This document shows, one piece after another, positions 1-12,500 of a stretch of 64,000 nucleotides of DNA. The translations under genes were made by a program, and so were the position numbers. This DNA is from Bugula neritina (Eukaryota > Animalia > Bryozoa): contig OZ037773.1 of assembly GCA_964035545.1 (NCBI GenBank), forward strand, positions 8,089,751 through 8,153,750. The letters run 5' to 3'. How positions within the stretch are numbered: position 1 is the stretch's first letter; every line of letters starts with the position of its first letter. The notes beneath the pieces are model-generated. The model was not told where the DNA came from. It saw nothing but the letters and a program-made list of their open reading frames with translations, and searched no databases.

Positions 1-2315
1 GGGCTGAGTAACTAGAGATGCTACGGCAGTTTTGAGGTTAGGGGTAGCATCTCTGGGAATATAAAAGGTGTGGTTTCATAAAACTGCTTTATCATTTAAT
101 CTGATATTTCATATAATTATTATAATGTTTCAAAAATCAAGGGTTAGTATTTAATAAACAACATTTTGCTGCACTTATCAAACTAGCTTGCTCCTTGATT
201 TATTTTAAATAAATAAATAAAAATAATTTAAAATTGTAGTGCTTTGCTCTGCAAGTAGTTTGACTGATTTTATAAATATATGCATATAAGTTTTTGTAAA
301 CACAAACATAACAATAACAGACATGCTAACAAACTCCATAATAATATAATTATCTTAAGTACCACTTCATTTTATATCAAATAGTACTTCACATATTAAG
401 TAGTACTTACAAAGTTTGATCCAATTGCAAGTAAAATATGCGAGCAAGGTTAGCCAATGAGAATCTAGGGTCATCAGGTTCATTTACGGAGTTGTGGATC
501 CTGTGTCTCTCACTGATCAGGGTGGCGCTGAAATACCCCGCAAAAAGTTATACACTATCAAATAAACTCATAAGCTATCATAAGAAACTTTCTTAAACTA
601 TTTTATATTTGTTGAAAATCTTGTATTTTGATAGTTTTTTAAACTAAACTACTTACTTTTTGTTTACATAAGACGTCTTAAGTTTGACTTATTAAACAAG
701 AAAATCAAAAGTGACCTTTTTATATATTTCACTTAAATTTAAAATTCCGTAAAAAAATTATAAAAATAAAATAGCTGTGTGTCAAGTGTTTTTCTAAAAT
801 TTGATTAACAATTACTTTTTCTAAACTATTTTGTGACAAGATTTACGCAAGTATATGTGTGATTTGATTGAGTAAAATAATTACAAAAATAACAAAATGT
901 AATATTCTAAATATCAGAGGCACTATGAGATGCTGTGCACAATAAATAATGTGGAGTACTTACGAGCAAGATGATATAATCAGAGCAAGCACAAGAGAGT
1001 TTGAGAGTGCCTTAGGGCACCTGCTAACACCCTTCATATTATTACTATAATATTAGATATAAAGACAAGTAGTCAGTATTTAGTATATAGAAAGCTGTTA
1101 TTCTATCTGTGGATCAGATTTCAAATGAAAGACAAACTCTAACAGACACCTTTTATACTCTGTTCAATGAGGAAATGCCATCTCTTGCGTTTTAGCTCTG
1201 ATGTCACTTTTCTAGCTACTGTGGGTTCCCATTTCCTAATCGTAGCAAACAATCATAGCAATTAATCACCAAGCTGATAAATTATTGGCTAATTGAAACG
1301 ATGTGGTAAAATGGTCTGATGGGTTGATTCTAAAGCTATATTATATATCTTTCAAACATAGAGCAAAGTGTAACACACTGCATACAAGCAGATAGTTATT
1401 CTAATTCTATATTCATTACAGATATTACTATTCAATTTATGATTTTGAGTTCGACTTTGTCTATTTTTATACAGTGCACTACTTTGGCTAAAACGTTAAC
1501 CCCATTATGATATATAATTTGCTAGATTCTAGTGTGAACTAATTACATAAAATAATAACTACTGCCAAGCTAGTGTGAGGCCGATTAGCTGTGATAGACA
1601 GCAGACGCTTCAGCTTATGCCTTCCCCCTCCATGCATCGGCATAATATATTGCACATCATGCTAAGGTAATATCTGAAAACATCAGAGGTTCATATTTTG
1701 AAAAAATAAACCTTTCTCCAAGGGTTGTGTCTGAGGTATTTAAATACTTCAGGGAAGGCAAGTTATTGAAAAGGATGTAAAAAATAAAGCTACAATTTAA
1801 TTTCTTTTATGTTTGCATTGAAAAACAAGTTAATTAATCACGAGCAATAATATCAGTAGTTAGTCTTTTGACATACCAGGGTGGCCAAACTTGACAATGT
1901 CTATCAAAAAATTGAGACTTGAAGCCTTTCAATAATAAATTCCATAACTTAAATGCCAAAACCTGTGTTTGCGTGGTTAGGAAATGCTTTGGTGAATTTT
2001 TTCATATCCTGGAGTGAACTAAATATAGTCCAAGGGGGTGCCATTAAGTGATAGTCTGAGTGTCACTGTATATCAGAGAGACCGTAATATGATGTATTCG
2101 TTCTTCCTGGTTCAACAAACTATTGGAAGTTTTCTACAGACTAGTTATTCATTGTGAAGGGCTCCAAATTTAAACTGATAGATGTGAAATATCAAGTATA
2201 CTAAAAAAAGAATAAAAAAAGGACTAAAAAAAGAATAAAAATTAATGAACCTTAGTGTATGCTTGTACATATAGCTAACCCTTCTATTTAGTTCAACCAT
2301 ATAATACTATTCCAG

Positions 2316-2521
2316 GAAAAGGGAAGCATGGAAATACACATTCAGCTTAAACCTAAACTCTATTTCTTGCCAAACTACCCAGAAATGAAACCCAAAACCT
2401 TCTTTTGTATTGCACCACTAGAAGTACCAGCCCTGCCACAAGGAAGCATGAAGTACACAGAGGAAAAGCTCCTCATCCTTGCCAACTTCATGCACACAAA
2501 CCAATATGTTAAACTCAGAAT
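2316..2521 (+). CDS. Putative internal coding exon of an unidentified plus-strand gene that starts left of the window
   Basis: ttccag| acceptor and |gtaagg donor flank a 206-nt open, relatively GC-rich frame: EKGSMEIHIQLKPKLYFLPNYPEMKPKTFFCIAPLEVPALPQGSMKYTEEKLLILANFMHTNQYVKLR. No firm homology recognised. Confidence 0.45.
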
Positions 2522-2885
2522 GTAAGGAAAAGCCTCGTCTGTACAAGTTGGAGTAAAGCCTTTAGAATAAGTAAATTGTTGCACAAAGGGAAGAATGCAT
2601 TAAATTATCACAACAATATTGCAGCTTTTTGATAATAGTAGTGGCACCTGCTGTAGGTGTCAATTTTCTAAAATTATGAGATATCTAAAAGTAATGAGTA
2701 TTCACCAGCATACAGCATTGCATCATGATGTTGTAGGTGAACAGGTGCACTAATCTAATCAAAGTTTACAATAGCATTAATTATGCAATGCATTTGTTTA
2801 TGTTGACATCTACTGCATTTTACTCTTAATAATCTTACAGCTCATTTCAATTGTAGTTAATATGGCAAAGCAACTATTGAGATGT

Positions 2886-3232
2886 TGTACTATATATACT
2901 ACAGTAATGTTATACTATACTATAGTAATGTTATACTCTACTACAGTAATGTTATACTATACTACAGTAATGTTATACTATACTACAGTAATGTTATACT
3001 ATATACTACAGTAATGTTATACTATACTATAGTGATGTTATACTCTACTACAGTAAACTGCAAGTACTATTCTACAATACTACACTACTACACTACTACA
3101 CTACACTACTACACTACACTACACTACACTACACTACACATTATACTACAGACTACACATTACACTACACTACACTACACATTACACTACACTACTAAAC
3201 TACACTGCAATACACTACTACACTACACTACA
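2886..3232. repeat. 21-bp minisatellite grading into (CACTA)n microsatellite
   Basis: TACTACAGTAATGTTATACTA units followed by ACACT repeats; source of the spurious 134-aa ORF. Confidence 0.9.
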
Positions 3233-5086
3233 TATATGTTGTCGGCCCACTCAAACACAGAGAGAAAAAAATTATTCAGAAGCTAATTCCATCAAAGATA
3301 AGGAAGTCATGGCTGGAAGTACAAAGATGTAATGAAATACTTGATTAATACTTTTTGCTCATGTCCTGGCTGGTGTTGATGGCCTATTCTTAGAGTTGAC
3401 GTTTCATAACTCTGATTAACTACTTTTCAGTAATTAATTAGATTATTTTCCCCCAATTATATCTACTCACAGAACAGATAAGCTTTTACTCAATAAAAAC
3501 TTAGTATAGACACAGTTTAGTTATTATTATTTTATCAAGAAAGTGCCATTTTCAGCTGCTCTTTCCCAATTTCAACTTGTTAGAATTTATTATTGAACTT
3601 GAAATTTCTGTGTTATTTGATACAAGCATTGTCACCTAATAAAGTTTATCTAAAACACTTTAAGCATTACTTCTACATATAATAGTGTTAACATCATTGT
3701 GGTCATAATCAAACTCCATACTAATTAGTCTTAAACATTTATACAAACAATTTGATGCATAAGAGTGCATTGTTCACTGATTCAAAAACTTACATAAGAG
3801 GATACACATTGAGCATGTGCAATAAGAACTAACAAAGTGCGAACTGAATATTTTGTTTATCCCATAATTATGATGACATTAGTGACGCTACGCCTCGTGC
3901 ATTGTTTTAGTTTCATGTCTCACGTGTTGGTGATGTTGGAGCTCTGTTAGTAAACAAAAGGGGAAGCAGTTGCCTAATTCCATACAAGTGTAATAAGAGT
4001 AATGACTCACCTGTGATGGAAACATACATGCTCAAAAAGTATCCAATTACACACCTTTACACATCCACATATGTATTGCATTAGCTTTTTTGTCATAGCT
4101 GCATAGCTTAAGTATATGTGTGCTTGTGTGAGGTAGGTGCAGTAATGGAAAAATTGAAAAAAGCCTGTGTTCTAAATTATAAATGTAGCAAAAGAAGTTA
4201 TCTTCTTGCAAGAATTTCACACGTGCCCTAAACTACAAATAAATAAGAAAAGTAAAGAACTTAGGCTATCTCAATTTCTCCGCTACTGCTCCTAAATGGC
4301 TTGTGTATAGTTCAAATGAAAATTTAAATGTCTCGACTTCAGCTGCTTGATAACTGAACTATAGTGGGTTGATTGTGAGCATTACTCCACTATTAGCCTG
4401 TGATCATCACAACAATGTTAGCCTGTGGGTATTACTCTCCTGTTAAAATTTGTAAATGTGTAAACTCTTGATAAAGGGATATAACACTTTAATGTTTAAC
4501 CCAGATTTGAAAAACTGATAAATAAAAATTTAAACTGAGCTAAAAGCTGAATTCAAGCAAACAGTGTTATTATATGAACAACAAAAACATTTACACTGTT
4601 TTGCGTCATGAACGATTTATTTTTACTGATAATAATTGCAATACTAAATTTACAAGTACTGCACAATATTATCTTAAGCTGCTAGAAAAGTAGTCTATTT
4701 AGTTTTACAGTCATGTAGATATAATATATATTGTGTATTTGGTCTGTATTTTATTTTATATGTGTAAAAATAGTCAACTATTGTCAAAAACATGTTCAGT
4801 AGATAACAGAATTATTTTTTGAAGATGAACTCTAAAGATTAGTACAGCCTGTCACATAACAATCACCTATGAATGTAATGGGGAGTTTACTAAATAGCTG
4901 GAAAACTTAATTCTGTCATACAAATGCAACTTTGCACTAGCACATGACAAATTTAGCAATAAATAGAATATCATATATTATGTAAAGGTGTATAGAAGAT
5001 TTCTAAATTATTTCATGTATCAAGATAACAAAATTACTGTAAAAATAGTTCAACCCGTCAAATGATGATTAATGTTGCTCTTTTAG

Positions 5087-5216
5087 TACCCTCTTCAAGT
5101 TTACCAGCTTTATGGGCACCTGTCAAAAGTTCAGCAAAGAAATGGCAACTTTTCAGGAATTTCTCCAGTTGCATTTGGGCCAACAAGGAACTCATTTAGT
5201 ATCTGCAAATAAGTAG
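5087..5216 (+). CDS. Putative terminal exon of the same plus-strand gene
   Basis: ctcttttag| acceptor. Phase-compatible with the 2521 donor, giving ...KLRI-TLFKFTSFMGTCQKFSKEMATFQEFLQLHLGQQGTHLVSANK*. The segment is open in several frames, so frame and strand are uncertain. Confidence 0.25.
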
Positions 5217-6550
5217 AACGGAGTTTTCTAGAAATACATAAGAGGAACACATTTGCATATGCACAGAGTATTTAGCTGTATGTTTTTGCACATATATTTA
5301 TATATGTGACAGCTATTTCAACAGAGTAAGTATTGCAAAATGTTCAAATTTGCATTATTATTCATTTTATATTCATAAGAATTTTTATTCTGGGTTTATA
5401 TAAGTTTATTTTATGTTTGAAGCACGTCTATCTACCCTAATTCATTTTTATCTATAAATTCTTTTAAATCTTAGATTTCCATGTGCAAATTTCCAATCAA
5501 TCAATGTTAATCATTCATTTGCATTTACTTTAGATAATTTTGATAAAGTTTAGTGTTAAACTACTGATTACACTATGGGCTTCAATCAGTAGCTGTAATT
5601 TAAAGTGAAATAAGACTACCAAAGCTAAAAATGGAACTAATTCAATTTTAGATGGATAATATAAAAAGTGGAAAGCTATAAAAATGCTATAAATGTATAG
5701 GTAAACATATTTTTAATATAACATCAGTGTTTGTAAGTAAACGTGGCACCGCATGCAAGGCAATATATATAGCATACTTATGGCATCCTTGGCATGTAGG
5801 CATAGGGTTGAAAAGCTGTATGTTTAACTTTTCAGCAGTTATTGAAGGTCAACCTAGTATCAAATGCAAGCTGTGTACATATAGCTTATAGCTAATGTAT
5901 TATTGGTCAACATGAGCTGACGTTTTTTAGTGCAGATAAGAGAAAAGATAAAATTAATGAGAGCTGTGTGTGTTGTAAATCTTGTTTAATTCTTATCTTT
6001 CGTAATAGTTAACTGAGGCTTCTTTTAGCGGAGGAAAACAATAATTGTGTCAATAACATTTGAAATTTATTTCAATTTTGTTGATCAGTCAACAACTGAT
6101 AACATATAAGAGTAGAAAACAGGAAAAGTACCAAGTTCTCACCATAACAAGAATGTGTAAAGAATGTTATAACATAATAACAATACAAATCATGATGAAT
6201 AAGATTACAGGATGTAGATTGCAAGAGTACATGAATATAATATAGAAAGTCCAATCTCGCAATGTCTTGAAATTGTTTCTGCAAAAGTTATGCAAATAAG
6301 GAAATTTTCAACAAAATAAATACCCGAGTATCGTTTTAATGTTTTGTATGTCATATCTGGGAAAAACAAAATCTTGCATAGCATTGAGCAAACAAATTCT
6401 ACCACCATTTGATAAGGATAGTTGCATATAGCAGAGTAGTAGTATAGTAGTGGTAGTAACATAGTAGAATTATTCATCATGTGTTTGTAGTAGGCATACA
6501 GACTTTAACCTTACTGTGTTGTCAGCCATTGTACTGTAAATAGATCTAGC

Positions 6551-9500
6551 TCATACTGTAGTCCATTTGCTTATGTCTAGAGATGGAATGCTACTGCAAG
6601 CCAGTTCCTCATTTCTACAATGTAAAAACAGGTTCTACTAACAATTGTAGGTTCCTGATCCTTCCCATTAGACTTTTATTGTAAGCCCTAGAAGTACTGC
6701 TGACTCACATTCAGATAGCATACATAATAAATGTTGTCATTTGTCAAATTACATACTTTGTAAGTATTTTCTAAAGGTTTTCTACTAGTCAATCATGCGC
6801 AGACGCACAACTCCTAATCTATGTTTTGTAAAAAACCACTGACTAATAATGAAATTAAAAGCATTTTCAAAAGTTTCCCTATAATCTTGAGATTGTTAAG
6901 AGCTATAAATTCATGAGAGTGAGTCATGTATACCTAACAAAGATTTGGTAAAAAAAACTCTGCATTCCGTAGGTGTTGGATGTAGGTAAATATTGGATGC
7001 AGGTAAGTGTTTGATGTAGGTAAGTGTTTGATGTAGGTAAGTATTTGATGTAGGTAAGTGTTTGATGCAGGGAAGTGTTGTATACAGGTCAGCATTTAAT
7101 GTAGGTAAGCGTTTGATGTAGGTAAGCGTTTGATGTAGGTAAGTATTTAATGTAGGTAAGTATTTAATGTAGGTAAGTATTTAATGTAGGTAAGTATTTA
7201 ATGTAGGTAAGTATTTAATGTAGGTAAGTATTTAATGTAGGTAAGTATTTAATGTAGGTAAGCGTTTGCTGTAGGTAGCTTTTGGAAGCAGGTAAGTGTT
7301 GGATTTGAGTAAGTATAGTATGAAAGCTGACTTACCCCACATCTTGCACTAGGAAGAGAGACGGTCTGGAGGTAGTGACATCCACGTTGGCACAGTAAAG
7401 ACTGGCTAATGTAACTTTTCTTATCTCTTTCAACTGATCTGTAGCAAGACTCAACATATAAATATACACATCATTATATTACATGAAAATAGCACAGCTG
7501 TGGTCTTTTAGTTAGACTGCTGGCGAGCAATTAGACATATATTATTATATATAAAAGCACAGCAGCATTTTGGTAATGTTTTAGCTATTTCAAACTAGCT
7601 TCATAGGGGCAGATTATTTAATGCACTACTTATCAACCTTGCGAGTAAATGTACTCTCACTATACTTATTACTACTATAATCAGAGTCAAATAGCATGTC
7701 TATGATAAGCATTTCATTATTGCACATTTTTACGCATTCATGTTACGCATCCATTCTGTGTATATATACACAAGTTCCCCCTTTCTTGTACTAACTAAGC
7801 TACACAAGATGCAGCTACCACGCAGCTACTACTCCAAAGAGTCAGTGTATTGGTCTACCAACCTCTGGTGAACCTTGTTGTAGGGTCATCAGTCTCATGC
7901 CAGAACCTGTCTCCATACTTCAACAACTCAAACTGTTTACCAATGATGTTAGCAAATGTTGGGCCGACAATTCCACCGTCCAGAGGAGTTTCAGACAAGC
8001 CTGGTAACAAGTGCATTAGATATTAGGCTAATGCAAATGATAGGTATAAAAATAGTAATATAAAAAAGAGTATATTTTAGCTGTGATGATGTATAAAAAG
8101 TAGTTCCTTACCTCCTGGAAACAGTTCTACGTCTTCTGTTCTTCTGTAAACCTGTCTGAGGGCCTCCATTGATGGCATGTCATGGGTGCCTCCCTGAACC
8201 AGCTGGGTGAAGTTAGTCGCTACCCCTAAGTGGAAGTTCCTCCTACAATGTTGTGCAGTACACTGAATAGACTGGTGCAACTTATGAACTTATTGCTTGT
8301 ACATTCATAGATAACTAGTTGGGCTTCTAATGAAAAATCCTAAATGGTGCAAATAGTCATAAAAAGCTCTCTCTGATCACTTTAAACTAGTTAATACTCT
8401 GCTAATTCCATACAGTTGTTACCCCTTTCAATTTATGCTAGTTACTACCCCTCCTACCTGACGTCATTGTAGCTGGCTATCCCATGGTCTCTTCCTCTTT
8501 GGATGTTCAGAGCTGGGAGATCAAGATGGCCACCAAACAAAGTATCTCTTATCTACCATAACACAGAATATTGTCTGTTATTTGCCATAACATAAGATAT
8601 TATATGTTATCTACATTACATAGAATATCTTTATAGAAAACTTACTTAGTGGGTTGTAACTAAAACCATTTAGCCAGTTAAACTGTAGGCTGTGAAAAGT
8701 ATCATATGTAGTTAAGTAAAGTGGTTAATATGAAATCTTTAGGGACATATAGTATATATAAAGTGGCTTGGTAGTTAGATACTGTGTATATATAAAGTAT
8801 AGGTAGTTAATTACTCTGTATACTATAAGTGTATATAGGTAGCTATTTATACTGCATGTGCATGTATATATGGAGTAATTTGGTTGTTAGGTACTGTGTA
8901 TATATGGAGCAGATAGAAAGTTAGTTACTCTGTATATTATAAGTGGGTAGGTACTTACTCCGGTGGTCACAAATCTGTCACATCCCCTCATATTGTCACT
9001 GGACAGACCTTTTAGCATGGCGTGACTTCCTTTAAAATAAATAACAGAATAGAATCAGATGTTAGCCAAGGCGTCATATCTTATACATTTGTTTTGAGTA
9101 ATGTATACATATACTAAGCAGCAAACATATTTGCTTAAAAATTCAGTGTGTTGTAGGTATAATATATATAACCTACCATATGAATTCAGTGTGTTGTAGG
9201 TATAATATATATAACCTACCATATGAATTCAGTGTGTTGTAGGTATAATATATATAACCTACCATATGAATTCAGTGTGTTGTAGGTACTAAACATGTCT
9301 CCAATGTCCACAGAGTCAGTATCTGACCGAGAGAATGTTTGTCTGACCAAAGAGTGACCAAATCTGAAGGCGGCCGTGGAAAACTCATTTCTACAAAACA
9401 TTCCACAACAATTTGTTACTAGAGCTTGGCGTTAGGAAATATGTAACCTACACCAAGTTTACAATACTATTTAGTAGGCTTTACAATATATACTATAATT

Positions 9501-12500
9501 TTATATGCATGCAATTGCGTTATATAAATATCATATATTCGTTATTTGGTAGCATTTCATTATTTATATTATAATATTAAGGCATAGCAGTGTATTGTCT
9601 TTAACAAGTCATTATTTCCAACCTGTTACAGAAAAAAAACATTGTTTAAAGTTTAGCAATTTTGTGGTTAATGTCAACATATATTTTATCACATTCAAGT
9701 GTTTATAAAATTGAAGAATTCTCATTGACTAGTTTTAGAACTAAGCTTCATATAAGATTGTTCAGTAAACTTATTCTATAAGTCACACTTACAATATTCC
9801 GGCATCCACAGTATTAGAGTAGTCTGTGAACCTTCCACTCTGTAAGAGATTCAGATTGTATTTTTGCATAATTTGAGGACCCAAGACTACTGGTAAAAAC
9901 TCGTTGTAGGTTATCCGTTGTAGAATGGCTCCAATGATCTTTCTTGTAGTCTAAAAAAACAGCTCAAAAATCTACATTGTGCTCAGTTTGTACATTGTAA
10001 ATCATATATTATGGTATGAAATTCCTTCCTTCATTAGGTCATAAATTGCTTTTTATTTAAGAAATTCTTATAGTAACTTGGACTTGGAGCTTTACTAACA
10101 AATATAGCTCATTAAACTCTGAAACACTGAAATTATTTTATCAAGTTTTAGATAACTCAAATAATTGTTAACCTCTTTAATTTAAGACAATAAAAGTCAA
10201 CAAAATTGGTGCAGGTTTTACCTGATATGTCAGTTCATCATCTTGCAGAGTAGGTTGAAGTAGATCTGCCAGTCTGTTGTGTTCTCGAAGGAACAAAGTG
10301 TGGAGGCTCGTTAAAGCAGCTAAAAATGTAATCGATCAGCATGTCAATGATATTATACGTATAACATGTCATGATATTACACACTTATATTATATATGGT
10401 ATTGCAAACGGTATTACACATAATATAATATATGACATAATCACTGTCTCATACAGTAATACACATACAATATATGATGAAAAGCATGCACTCAATGATA
10501 TTATCCTTGTAAAATACCCAAGGCGTACAATGTAACTATAAACGCATACAGTGTTCCACTACATTATTTCACTTGGATTGCATCTTTTTACAAATATAAG
10601 TATCATGAAAACACAATCAGACTCAACTTTAAACCCACATTTCTAGCACATCTTTTTAGTTCAACTACTTTTTATTGTGCTTTACAGGGTTCAGTAGTAA
10701 ACAAGCTGTTAAAATGTGCTAGTTTAGAATTGCCTTCCCTTTCTCAACTGGTTTCAAGGATTTACCTTGTTCACTGTTCCTCACATCCCCAGCATCAAAG
10801 TGGCACTCATTTTCAGGGTCAGCTGAGCAGCTGGGCAGATTGTCTTTAGCCAATGGCAGTCTTTCTTGACCATTATGAAGCTACAACACAGATTAGAATT
10901 GTGTTGAATTTTATTGTTTATCATAATAATATATTATATAATGTAATATAATATATTATATATTGTAATATAATATATCCAATGTTTCATTGCTCCTTGC
11001 AATATATTATACCCTAATCTATCACTATAATAATATAATGTATTATATAATAAAATATATACAATATAGTATAATGTAATATATATAATAAAAAACATTA
11101 CAATATAATGAACGCTGTCTCATCATGTAATGATACAATATACAATGTTGCACCATTTTCTAATATGTTATACATACAGGCTTGTGTTATTTACAATATA
11201 AATATTATGCCATGCACTAAAACGCTTGTAATCTACTCACACTGCTGTTCAACTTTCCTCCCACAAAGGTTCGGAGTGAGTCAGCCTTGGTATTGCTGCT
11301 GCCGTAAACTTGAGAGCCGTCAACGTAAGCTGTGATGTCATTCAGTTGGTACCTCTCAACTAGATTACAAGTAATACAATAATTATAGTATGACTTTTGA
11401 TAGCAAGGAAATTCACCAATAATTACCATTTTTCGTCGACTGAAAGTTCTAACTTTTCCATAGATTTACTTTTAAAAAGTCAATTCCATTTATAGACGTT
11501 TTATATTTGACTTGATTAGATATTTTGTACACTGCCTGGGTGCATATATAGCTGTGAATTGGATGCTTATGCAAAACCTCTACTTAATCCATAACGTACA
11601 ACAAAGGTTTGCCGTAGCACCAGCACATTATCTTTCTTGGCAGATATTACTACCAGGAGAGGGTTTACCTGGGTCGTTAGGTAAACCAGGAACAGGGGCG
11701 GATCTAAAGAACTCCATACAAGTGACGTCAGGTCCAAATACTGCATCGTTGGATATGGAGATGGGGAAACACTCCTTTTGGGCACTTGTCCATTGATCCT
11801 TTGGTAGAGTGCAACAGGTTTCTCTGTAATATGAGATATTGTGCTTCAAATTATATAAACATTATATTAATTAAAAATGCATCACGTATACTATACATAC
11901 TATAAATATTACATGTATATCAATCTAATGTAATATATACTTTATTATGTGTATATAATATATTATGCATATTGCATTATAGAATATAACATAATATATG
12001 CAATGTATTATAGTTTATGCTGTGATATATTACATATTGCATATAATATATTACACAATTTACATAACATGACATAATTTGCATAATGTATTACATAATT
12101 CATATATTGCATATGATGAATTACATAATGTAATATTACATATATTGTATATAAAACATTACATAATGCAATACTATATAGTTATAAGTTCAAGTTTACA
12201 AGTACATTCAATTAGTTTATCAAACAATGGAGTTGTCTACTTTTTCTAAAATACCTCTCTGCCAACATACCTGACATGCTCAATCTCTTCAAAGGCTTCA
12301 GGGGAAAGAGTGATGTCATGATCAAGAAACTGTCCGTAGTTCATGAGGAGATGCGTGAACTTAGTGCTGTCAATAGTCGTCGTCTCATGGACGGCTACAG
12401 AGACCTCTCTCGCTGACTTCAGGCTTCCACTTGAAAGGAATGGAGAGGTTCTTGGCTTGTTTATACCTGCATGCAGTAGATAGTAAAAAGGGTTTTTATG

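Noticed and set aside
2882-3286. 134-aa Tyr/Thr-rich ORF (YYSNVIL repeats)
   Set aside because: Translation of a 21-bp minisatellite and (CACTA)n. No signal peptide or splice support, so not a tyrosine-rich peroxidase substrate.
6968-9288. Repeat arrays as possible CRISPR
   Set aside because: Contiguous tandem units with no unique spacers, inside introns of a eukaryotic gene, with no cas genes.
11653-11668. Longer gene A exon 6 using a downstream GT (adds GKPSP)
   Set aside because: Paralogs B and C splice at the position equal to 11669. The longer form is in frame and cannot be excluded but has no support.
11512-11796. Plus-strand ORFs over peroxidase exons (also 16444, 17326, 18346, 19109, 26598, 28921, 42909)
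   Set aside because: Antisense shadows of GC-richer minus-strand coding exons.
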